From a virus (Duplodnaviria > Caudoviricetes): a stretch of DNA of 64,000 bases. A program made the position numbers and the translations under genes. The notes under the pieces were generated by a model that did no database searches, had not been told where the DNA came from, and was given only the letters and a program-made list of their open reading frames with translations. The DNA lies in the IMG/VR virus record IMGVR_UViG_3300019129_000002, positions 891 to 64,890 of that record. One strand, written 5' to 3'. This document shows, piece by piece, positions 28,692 to 36,852 of the stretch (positions are counted from its first letter, which is position 1; each line of letters starts with the position of its first letter).

Positions 28692-29186
28692 ATGGAACAA
28701 ATATTACACTTTATGAAAAAATGCGAGGGTAGTTGGATTTCACACCGTCGCTACATCTATTACCCTAAGCAAACCATAGTAAACTCTGTAAATGAGTTTA
28801 CCTGTGAGTTCTTAGGATTAAAAGAAATAAAGCCATTACAAGAAGCCATAGGACATCCGGTTATTCTCGGGAATAAAATCACTTGGCATTCTTATCCTTT
28901 GGGGAACCCTTCTAAAACTATTTCCGAAGGAGAAATGGTAATTGCACCTGAAGGGGGTAAACTTTATCGGAGCAGAGGTTACTCCACTATGGAAAAAACT
29001 CATTCAAAGTTTACCTGTGACAGAGGTGGAACAAAGCTAAGAACCATCACTTCTTACGGTGGGGAGATTTATGAGGAGGAGATTTTATTCGTGGATGACG
29101 ACCATCGCATCCGGAAGAACATCGGCCGTGATTTAGAAACAGGTATTATTAAGTTAGTGGGGCAGTATTTTGAGCAAAGAGTTTGA
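28692..29186 (+). CDS. CpcS/CpeS-family phycobiliprotein lyase
   Basis: FMKKCEGSWISHRRY, LYRSRGY, TSYGGEIYEEEI, RIR and VGQYFEQR. Confidence 0.75.
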   Translation: MEQILHFMKKCEGSWISHRRYIYYPKQTIVNSVNEFTCEFLGLKEIKPLQEAIGHPVILGNKITWHSYPLGNPSKTISEGEMVIAPEGGKLYRSRGYSTMEKTHSKFTCDRGGTKLRTITSYGGEIYEEEILFVDDDHRIRKNIGRDLETGIIKLVGQYFEQRV

Positions 29187-29421
29187 ACTTGAACAGTTTA
29201 TGGAACTGGTTTCCCAAGAAGTGGGTAGACAGAATGAAAAATGGGGATACCAGTTCCACTCTCCTGATACGTGGGTGACTATACTCACTGAAGAGGTGGG
29301 GAAGGTTGCTCACGATGCCTTAAACTTGAACCAGCAGGGTTTTCTCAATGAATTAGTGCAAGTTGCCGCCGTGGCCTATCAAGCGTATAAAACCAATCAG
29401 AGCGAAGAATGCGATTTATGA
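29170..29421 (+). CDS. MazG-like NTP pyrophosphohydrolase
   Basis: RQNEKWG...ILTEEVGKVA...ELVQVAAVA. Confidence 0.75.
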   Translation: MSKEFELEQFMELVSQEVGRQNEKWGYQFHSPDTWVTILTEEVGKVAHDALNLNQQGFLNELVQVAAVAYQAYKTNQSEECDL

Positions 29422-29603
29422 TTTATTTTGAAAATAAATGTATTTAGGGTTGTCAAGTTATCTACATCTGTGCTATAATAAAGCAAAGGATAGATTGCAA
29501 TGCACAACATTAGTCAAGTCACTTAGTCTTCACCGACAACTTTTATCTTAGTTGTGTGGACAGGAAAATCTTTTTATCAAGTATTGACAGGAGGAGGTAA
29601 ACC

Positions 29604-29855
29604 TTGGAAGATAAAGAATGTTGTACTCGTCCATTCGGAGTAAAGAAGACGGGTCAAAATTTTATGAGGTCAATGGCCAACATTGTTAAGAGTGGAGGTA
29701 AGCACGTTACTGAAGAGGTAAGACAGGAAAGGATAAGATTGTGTGAATCTTGTGAACACTTCCAAGGCAAAACTCGTCAGTGTGGGATCTGTAGGTGTTT
29801 TTTGGATTTAAAAACACGATTTTCGACCGAAGAGTGTCCTATAGGTCGTTGGTAG
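29604..29855 (+). CDS. Cys-rich putative Zn-binding protein
   Basis: R..LCESC...CGICRCF..K...CPIGRW. Confidence 0.7.
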   Translation: MEDKECCTRPFGVKKTGQNFMRSMANIVKSGGKHVTEEVRQERIRLCESCEHFQGKTRQCGICRCFLDLKTRFSTEECPIGRW

Positions 29856-29882
29856 TTTATTTTTTAGGAGGTAAAGAAAACT

Positions 29883-30266
29883 ATGTGGTTAGGTACTTTC
29901 TACAATGGTTCCTCAGATGTATCAGATATTGACAAAGCTATGCAAACCAAGTATGAAGAAATGGGAGGTGTAGGTGAGTACACTATGGAAAAGTTTGAGG
30001 GTGTACTTCCAGCATTTACTACTTTCACCACTGGCATCCATAAAGGGGGGGTTTTTCTAGGCATCTGGCCTGAGGCTGGTTTTGAAAAGCTTACTTGTCA
30101 TGAGTATCAAATCCCCTGGATTCACGACCTTATTTCGGAACTTGGGGAAAATTACGAGGGAGCTTTATTCTGTGAAGAGTTAGACCCTGACACGGGATAC
30201 AAGATTCACACCACCTTTTATCAAGTTTACCCTGGAAAAAAGTTAGAGATCATCTGGAGAGTCTAA
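29883..30266 (+). CDS. Hypothetical protein
   Basis: AGGAGG RBS. Confidence 0.6.
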   Translation: MWLGTFYNGSSDVSDIDKAMQTKYEEMGGVGEYTMEKFEGVLPAFTTFTTGIHKGGVFLGIWPEAGFEKLTCHEYQIPWIHDLISELGENYEGALFCEELDPDTGYKIHTTFYQVYPGKKLEIIWRV

Positions 30267-30267
30267 A

Positions 30268-30468
30268 ATGGAAATGGGAATCGAACAACTGTTGGAAGAA
30301 TGGGACAATGTCCTTGAACTTAGTAAACGATTAAATGGTGAAGAGAAAGAAGCCGTCTTCTTACTGGGTGCTTCAGTTCTTGGAAAGCCAAAAGAAGAGA
30401 CAATGAAAAACCGTCAACGGTTGCAAGATATCACGGAAAAGTTGAACTTAGGTTGGGACTGGGTGTAA
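30268..30468 (+). CDS. Hypothetical protein
   Basis: Co-oriented ORF. Confidence 0.5.
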   Translation: MEMGIEQLLEEWDNVLELSKRLNGEEKEAVFLLGASVLGKPKEETMKNRQRLQDITEKLNLGWDWV

Positions 30469-30761
30469 TGTATTTTCAGACCGCTTTTTCTGACGCCCAA
30501 GATGTAAAGAACCTTAAAAATGGTACACAAATCTTTATATATAAAAACCCTGACAAAGAAATCACTATTTTCTATGAGTCTTGGGCTAAGAACTACTCCA
30601 TCAGTGTAAAGAGGCTTGGAGGGAAGACCTATAAAATAAACTTTCCTCAAGGGTTAACCTCCACTTATGGCCCGGAAGAGTTCCGGCAGAAACTAGAAAC
30701 GGCTCTTAATGACCAGATTGTCAGGGAACTGGAAGGAACCCTTCGAAGATCTGGAAAGTAG
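30453..30761 (+). CDS. Hypothetical protein (likely ATG at 30468)
   Basis: Co-oriented ORF. Confidence 0.55.
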   Translation: MGLGVMYFQTAFSDAQDVKNLKNGTQIFIYKNPDKEITIFYESWAKNYSISVKRLGGKTYKINFPQGLTSTYGPEEFRQKLETALNDQIVRELEGTLRRSGK

Positions 30762-30883
30762 AGAAATGGCAACTGCTGAAGGATTTGTTATTATATAAGC
30801 GCAGTAAAAAGAGTGAGGAGGTTACGGAAAAATCTAGGATCACACTCCTAAGTAAATAAAGGGTCTCCCTCCCTTCAAAAACC

Positions 30884-30968
30884 CGAGTATGTTGTCCTTA
30901 CTGTAAAAAGGAGACAAGTATTATCGGTATAACTAGAAATCATACATCAAAAACTGGAGAAAAAATCT
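30884..30968 (+). pseudogene. Possible homing-endonuclease C-terminal Zn-knuckle relic
   Basis: Orphan frame RVCCPYCKKETSIIGITRNH with no intact upstream ORF. Confidence 0.35.
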
Positions 30969-31811
30969 ATGACTAAACCCCTTTTTATGTGGGCAGGTGG
31001 AAAGACCAAAAGGATCAAGCATTACCAACCTTTCCTTAAAAAAGTTACCTCTTATTGTGAACCTTTCTTTGGGGGAGGAGCTATGTTCATCCACATGAAA
31101 AAAGAGTTTGGTATAAGAGAGGCTTATATAAATGATATTCATCTTGAAGTCATGGATATTTACCGTACCATTAAATTTGATGTAGAAGGTTTTCTTAAAA
31201 TCCTGGAAGATTTAGAAAGAATCTATATGCCTCTGGACAAAGAGGGGAGGAAGGGTTACTATTACGACCTGAGGAACAAAAATGCCTGGGATTATAAAAT
31301 GTGGGACTTAACTCAACGTTCTGCTATCTTATACTTCCTGATGAGAACCTCCTTTAACGGTATCTACGAACTCAGAAAGAATACAAATGGAAGGTATGCA
31401 ACCTCTTGTGGAAAAGTAGACCAGAAGAAGGAAGTCTTTTCTAGAGAAGTAGTCAGGTGGTGGCATAAGAACCTTCAAGATGTAACCATTACCCACGGGA
31501 ACTGGAAGGAAAATCTACCAGAAGGTGACATCTTTTATTTCTTAGATCCTCCGTACAGAGGGACAAGAATGAAATACGGTACAGGATTTAGTGATCAAGA
31601 TCTGGAAGACCTCTTAGAGTTCGCCAAAGATAAAAAGTCTATGGTTTGCAACCAAGACTTAGGAGATGGATGGTTTGATAGCTACTCCGATGACTTCCAT
31701 ATACATAGATTCCCCATAACCTACACAGTCGGAGTAAAGAAGAAAACGCCCGATGGTTACAAAGCCAAACCAGCTACAGAAGTTCTATTATTACCAAAAG
31801 GAGGAAAGTAA
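30969..31811 (+). CDS. dam: Second Dam-like DNA adenine methyltransferase
   Basis: KPLFMWAGGK, EPFFGGGA, SFNG and LDPPY. Confidence 0.9.
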   Translation: MTKPLFMWAGGKTKRIKHYQPFLKKVTSYCEPFFGGGAMFIHMKKEFGIREAYINDIHLEVMDIYRTIKFDVEGFLKILEDLERIYMPLDKEGRKGYYYDLRNKNAWDYKMWDLTQRSAILYFLMRTSFNGIYELRKNTNGRYATSCGKVDQKKEVFSREVVRWWHKNLQDVTITHGNWKENLPEGDIFYFLDPPYRGTRMKYGTGFSDQDLEDLLEFAKDKKSMVCNQDLGDGWFDSYSDDFHIHRFPITYTVGVKKKTPDGYKAKPATEVLLLPKGGK

Positions 31812-31813
31812 AA

Positions 31814-32155
31814 ATGAAACTTATCTCTACATTATTAACCGTCCTTACGCTTTGTACACCCCCTTCCATTGCTCAAGCCAACGAACTCCGATTCCCCCTA
31901 GTTGAAGATATTCATGCTACGGTTTCGGAACAAGAGGACCCATTAAGAATCCAGTATCGTGACACTATTTGTCGAACTCGCACAGGGATTACAGTTTCCC
32001 GCGACTCACGACTTGACTTCCCTATTTTTATCACTTTGCAAGATGGAGATGGAATCATGACAAAAAGCAGTCACAATAACAACTCTCGGATCACTTTAAG
32101 AGCTTATGGAGATTTTTTCTCAGGGTGGGTTTCTTCTCACAATAATTGCCGATAA
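31814..32155 (+). CDS. Hypothetical secreted/periplasmic protein
   Basis: Signal-peptide-like N-terminus (MKLISTLLTVLTLC...AQA). Confidence 0.55.
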   Translation: MKLISTLLTVLTLCTPPSIAQANELRFPLVEDIHATVSEQEDPLRIQYRDTICRTRTGITVSRDSRLDFPIFITLQDGDGIMTKSSHNNNSRITLRAYGDFFSGWVSSHNNCR

Positions 32156-32206
32156 TCTAAAGTTGTGTTATAATAAGGTACAAACGTTACAAAGGTTTAA
32201 ATCACT

Positions 32207-32764
32207 ATGAAGAAAATCACTGTTCAATTAGACCCCTCCATCCATTTAACCAGAAAACCCAAAGGCCAGGAGGAATACAGACCTTTGGCTGGAAGAGTAG
32301 CCTTCGGGTGTAACCCTGTTATCCTAACCCCTCAAGAGTTTACCAAGATGGTTTCGGAACAGGGTGTTCCCTTCTTCTCTTCCAGTTTCTACCGACCCGA
32401 AAAAGAAGATTACTGGAGACTCCGTAACTACCCTGGAAAAGTTTATTACCGTTGTACCCACCTCTTTGCTCTAGATTTTGACGAACAGGATTTTAACTTC
32501 CGAGAAGCAGTAGAAATGGTAGCCCGTTCTATGGAAGAGTTTGATCCTATTTGTATTTATCATTCTTTCTCCTCTACTCCCCAACATAATCGTCTTCGGG
32601 TGGTTTATCACTGCGATGAACCATTTACCCCTTACGATGAACATAAGGAGAGGGTGAAATACCTGAACGTTAAATACTTCAAAAGCCAGGCTGACAAGAG
32701 TTGCATCACTCCTGTAAAATTTTGGCAGGGAAGCACTAGGGGCGGTTTCTGCTTTGCTTTGTAG
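32207..32764 (+). CDS. Stand-alone AEP/PrimPol-type primase domain
   Basis: LFALDFD, YHSFSS, RLRVVY and DKSC motifs. Confidence 0.6.
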   Translation: MKKITVQLDPSIHLTRKPKGQEEYRPLAGRVAFGCNPVILTPQEFTKMVSEQGVPFFSSSFYRPEKEDYWRLRNYPGKVYYRCTHLFALDFDEQDFNFREAVEMVARSMEEFDPICIYHSFSSTPQHNRLRVVYHCDEPFTPYDEHKERVKYLNVKYFKSQADKSCITPVKFWQGSTRGGFCFAL

Positions 32765-32912
32765 GTTGTGTCAATCTGTCTAAAGTGTGTTATAATAAAA
32801 GTGTAAACACACAAAAAAAGGACAGATGCTATAACGACTATGAGGCTCTTGTGGTAACCCTTAGCCTCGACCCTTACTACTGAGATTTCAAAAACTTCAC
32901 ACAGTAAAAGTC

Positions 32913-33122
32913 ATGCCCAAACCTAAGAAACAGTACAAGATTACTTCAACCTCCTGGAAAACCGCTCGTATAAATATGTACTTCACACTTATTGAGTGCT
33001 TCGGTGAAAAAGGAGGTAAAGAAATCCACAACATCATCAAAGAACAAATGCACGAAGAAGGTTTCAAAATGGAAAGTGACCCCGGCCGTCAACGTTACAT
33101 AGAAATCGCTGTTCAGTTCTAA
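32913..33122 (+). CDS. Hypothetical protein
   Basis: Downstream of the promoter at 32768-32796. Confidence 0.5.
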   Translation: MPKPKKQYKITSTSWKTARINMYFTLIECFGEKGGKEIHNIIKEQMHEEGFKMESDPGRQRYIEIAVQF

Positions 33123-33195
33123 TGTAACAAGGGGTTGTCAACTCCAATAAAAAGTTGTTATAATAAAACTACAAACAAACAAAGGAGCCCCAATC

Positions 33196-33579
33196 ATGAC
33201 ATCTACCAATACAACCGTTAAAACCATCGAACGTATCCCTTCTTCTCTCAAGGGTAATGCTCTTGTAAAATACCAAAGGTTATTAGTTGCGCGTAACGCA
33301 ATGAAAGCAGCCGGCAAACGCTGTGATATGATTGAAGACATGATGAGAACTCTTGTAGCTCAATCTCGCACTAAAGGAACTGACCTCCATCTATCCGAAC
33401 GTTGGGAAGAAAACTCTAAAGAACGTCTCACCCGTCCGGTCTATCGCGTAACCAAACAAACTAGATACTTCTGTTCTGAAAAACATGACAACCGTGAATA
33501 TCCTAACGCTGACCGTGTAGGACTCGAAATCCAAAGTCGCTTTAATCAACTTCCCACAAAACCCGTTCTTCGTAAGTAA
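33196..33579 (+). CDS. Hypothetical basic protein
   Basis: AAGGAG RBS; promoter at 33135-33164. Confidence 0.65.
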   Translation: MTSTNTTVKTIERIPSSLKGNALVKYQRLLVARNAMKAAGKRCDMIEDMMRTLVAQSRTKGTDLHLSERWEENSKERLTRPVYRVTKQTRYFCSEKHDNREYPNADRVGLEIQSRFNQLPTKPVLRK

Positions 33580-33617
33580 ACCTTATCCGCGATCTCTTCA
33601 GGTCGCCTAACAAAAAC

Positions 33618-34877
33618 ATGGTATTGAGATTAGTAAAAACTCCCATCAGTTGCGAACACTTGTTAGGAACATTCCTTGATGAAAGCCATTTCGATAACTT
33701 ATTCGATCAAGACGTGGACATCATCGATGCCAATACGGGGGAGGTTGCAGTATCCTTTCGGAAAGGTTGCTTAGATAGCTACCACTCCCTCTCCCCTAAA
33801 GCCTTAAAACTGCTCAAAAGTGCCTCCAAGACAATCACATACTCTCGTAATCTTGCTGCTGGCAAAAAGCTTAACACCCGTACTGGTCCAGGTGGTAAAT
33901 CTGGTCGCGAACGTGCAACTCTCGGTGAGGTAGAACTACTCAACCAACTTATTAATAAACATCCAAGTGAAGTTAAGTTTGAAGTCCTCAACAAAACCGA
34001 ACTCAGTGTCTTCCCCTGGTTGAAACCTAAGACTACCGACAACTTCGATCTCAAAGTGTGGGCTGAGGAACTCCGAGCAAATCTGGTTCCCGAACTATGG
34101 GCTACTGAAGCGAAAGCTATTAAGAAGAAATACCTCGCTTCCACTGGTAGAGGTAACGGAGCAGAGTCAGGTATAATAGGAGCCATTGAAAAAACCTCCC
34201 GTCAACCTTACTGTCGTATGTCCTATATCGCCCGTAACAACTGGGAAACCTTCCAAGAGTGCTTCCCGCTGGTAGAACAAATCTCTGACATTTACCTTCA
34301 ATGTTCTCCTAAACAACATGAACTCCAAAGATTAAAAGCTCAGAAAACTGACCCTCGTTATCTTATCGGTGACAGTGTGTTCTCTACCATTACCGTTAAC
34401 CACAACTTCCGCACAGCAGCTCACCGTGACCCCGGCAACTATGGGAAATCCTTAGCACCTTTAGTAACCATTTCTGAAACTGGGTTCTCTGGTTCCTACT
34501 TGGTATTCCCTGAGTTCCGTGCTGCTGTAACACTACAACCTTCAGATTTCATCGTCTGTAACAATGCTCTTTATATTCATGGGAACACAGCCGCCGGCTC
34601 ACTGGATGATGAGCGTATCAGTTTAGTTCTTTATCTCCGCGAAGGTTTAGCGACTAAATGTTGCTCCTATGAAATTGAAGATGCCCGTCAGGAGTTTGTC
34701 TTCCACCTCCGTTCTCAGAAAGCGACTCACCCTTTGTCTACTGGAAACCGTTGGCAAGGGGTATACTCAGGTATGTGGGAAAAAGATGAGTGGTATAACT
34801 ACTTAGAAGAAAAGCAAGGCAAAGAGGCCGTAGATTTTTGGAAAGAGTTCCGTATCCAACAAAAGAAAAATAAGTAA
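33618..34877 (+). CDS. TET/JBP-family 2OG-Fe(II) dioxygenase
   Basis: SGIIG...PYCR, FSTITVNHNFRTAAHRDPGN (HxD), HGNT and RISLVLYLRE. Confidence 0.9.
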   Translation: MVLRLVKTPISCEHLLGTFLDESHFDNLFDQDVDIIDANTGEVAVSFRKGCLDSYHSLSPKALKLLKSASKTITYSRNLAAGKKLNTRTGPGGKSGRERATLGEVELLNQLINKHPSEVKFEVLNKTELSVFPWLKPKTTDNFDLKVWAEELRANLVPELWATEAKAIKKKYLASTGRGNGAESGIIGAIEKTSRQPYCRMSYIARNNWETFQECFPLVEQISDIYLQCSPKQHELQRLKAQKTDPRYLIGDSVFSTITVNHNFRTAAHRDPGNYGKSLAPLVTISETGFSGSYLVFPEFRAAVTLQPSDFIVCNNALYIHGNTAAGSLDDERISLVLYLREGLATKCCSYEIEDARQEFVFHLRSQKATHPLSTGNRWQGVYSGMWEKDEWYNYLEEKQGKEAVDFWKEFRIQQKKNK

Positions 34878-35051
34878 ACACCTTGTCAAACCCTATCAAG
34901 TTGTTATAATAAGGGCAGGGGACTTATTAAAACCCTGAGACAAGTTTTAGGCTATGCACTTTTATGAGGGTGAAAAGAAACCTGGACTTATATTCCCTTT
35001 TTTCTATGTTAGTCCCCGGGTTAACACATCAAAGTTAAACACAAATAACTT

Positions 35052-35900
35052 ATGAGCTACTACGACACTATTATTATCGATGGGAATGCCTTCTTCTATC
35101 GCTCTCGGTATGCAATTCTTAGAAGAAGCAAAAATGAACTCACTAACCAAGATGGGGTTATCACCACTGGAAGTTATGGCTTTTTGAATAACTTGTTTTA
35201 CATTCTAAAAACTTATGGTAAACCTAAGCATTTAGTCTCAACCTTTGATGCAGGGGGTGGAAACTTTAGGAAAGAACTTGACCCTAACTATAAAGCAGGG
35301 AGGGAGAAAGTTTCTCAGAACCATATCCAAGATTTCAGAAACCTCGTGGACTTTATTCTACCGAGTATGGGTTCTCAAATTTTTATGAGAAAAGGCATCG
35401 AGGCAGACGATATTATCTTCACCCTATCCCTTGATGATAGGTTAGGCAAGACCTTAATCGTAACGGTGGACTTAGACCTTCTAGGCTGCCTATCGGAACG
35501 GGTAGATGTTCTGGTCTTCAACTCTGCCAAGAAAAAGAAAGTTTGGACACTACCTGCCTTTGAGGAGGAATACCGTATTCCAATCACCCACTACCCCGTC
35601 TATAAATCCATTAAGGGGGATAGTAGTGACAACGTTAAGGGTATTAAAGGCTATGGTCATAAACGGGCTATCAAGGTCATTCAAGGTATCGTCTCAGGGT
35701 CTTCTTTAGAGGACTTCTTCTGCCAGAAAGATTTGTTCACCATCTATGGCAATATGAGACTGATGGCACTACAAAACTGCGACCCCCTTAACTTCCCGTT
35801 GCTTCCATTCAACTTGAATGAGGATGCCTTTACCATGATGTGTGAGGACTTCAGGTTCAATACATTTATCAAACGACTAGAAAAAGGAGGTTTATTCTAA
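35052..35900 (+). CDS. 5'-3' exonuclease / flap endonuclease (PolI N-terminal / T4 RNase H-like)
   Basis: IIDGN, FRKELDPNYKAGR, EADD and GDSSDNVKGIKGYG. Confidence 0.93.
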   Translation: MSYYDTIIIDGNAFFYRSRYAILRRSKNELTNQDGVITTGSYGFLNNLFYILKTYGKPKHLVSTFDAGGGNFRKELDPNYKAGREKVSQNHIQDFRNLVDFILPSMGSQIFMRKGIEADDIIFTLSLDDRLGKTLIVTVDLDLLGCLSERVDVLVFNSAKKKKVWTLPAFEEEYRIPITHYPVYKSIKGDSSDNVKGIKGYGHKRAIKVIQGIVSGSSLEDFFCQKDLFTIYGNMRLMALQNCDPLNFPLLPFNLNEDAFTMMCEDFRFNTFIKRLEKGGLF

Positions 35901-36403
35901 TGAAAACACTTACGGTTAATCGTCAATCCACTAGTAACACCAAAAGCCTCCTCAAGTTTCTTGATGAAGTAAAGGTGGGGGAAACCTTAGAGATAATCTG
36001 TGAGGAAAGTTTCTTTAAGTTTGACCGTTTTATTAAAGATGAGAATGGGGACTTTATTTTAGAGGAAGATAACTTCATAGAAGGGGGAACAGTAACCATT
36101 TGTAAGTTGGGCATCATCACCATTATCGCTGACGAGTATTGGGAATACTTCTTGCATAATATCCAAGGTGCTTTGAACTGCTTATTCTTTGAGACAGAGT
36201 TTGATGTTAGCAGAGATGTTAAATGTTTAACCGTCTGTTACCCTCCCACGGGGGACTTTGTAGAGGTAGATGTTTGTGTGGATGAAGATGTAAAAATCAA
36301 CATTTACTACCACCATGAAATAATTGAGGGATTGGATATCAACTGGACGGGTACTTTCCCTTTACTAAAACGTATCATCATAGAAACTCTGAAGAAAAAG
36401 TAA
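35900..36403 (+). CDS. Hypothetical acidic protein
   Basis: Coupled ORF with GGAGG RBS. Confidence 0.6.
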   Translation: MKTLTVNRQSTSNTKSLLKFLDEVKVGETLEIICEESFFKFDRFIKDENGDFILEEDNFIEGGTVTICKLGIITIIADEYWEYFLHNIQGALNCLFFETEFDVSRDVKCLTVCYPPTGDFVEVDVCVDEDVKINIYYHHEIIEGLDINWTGTFPLLKRIIIETLKKK

Positions 36404-36730
36404 ACTTCCTTGTCAATGCGTATGCCTATCCACCTTGATAATATTCCTCTCGACGATATTGTTACCGACTACTCACTAGCTCCAGGGCAAAAACGTGAGG
36501 AGGTGTTATACTGTATATATAAACAAGCAAAGGAGTTGGTCCTATGTCTCGTAAGCCTCAATTCGCTAAATGGAGTCAGGATGTGAACCAACGCAACTTT
36601 TTCAACGTATTTTCAGACAAGGAACTCAGACTATGTAGAAGCTAACATCATCACGGCTGAATAGGGTAGGAACTCTAATAGTTATGATTACTCTAACTCT
36701 GGTAAAGCCGCCACGGGGTCACCCAAAAGT

Positions 36731-36852
36731 GTAAATAAAGTTAAATACAAATGCACCGTGACCGGACACATTAGCACAGCAGTCCCGCTCTCTATCTATC
36801 AAAGAAAGGGGGAATAGACATTTCAAACCGAGTAAAAGTTGAGGAACAATAA
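36731..36852 (+). pseudogene. Frameshifted C-terminal relic of a homing-endonuclease-type gene
   Basis: NKVKYKCTVTGHISTAVPLSIYQRK / GIDISNRVKVEEQ*; its stop abuts the topoisomerase ATG. Confidence 0.6.
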
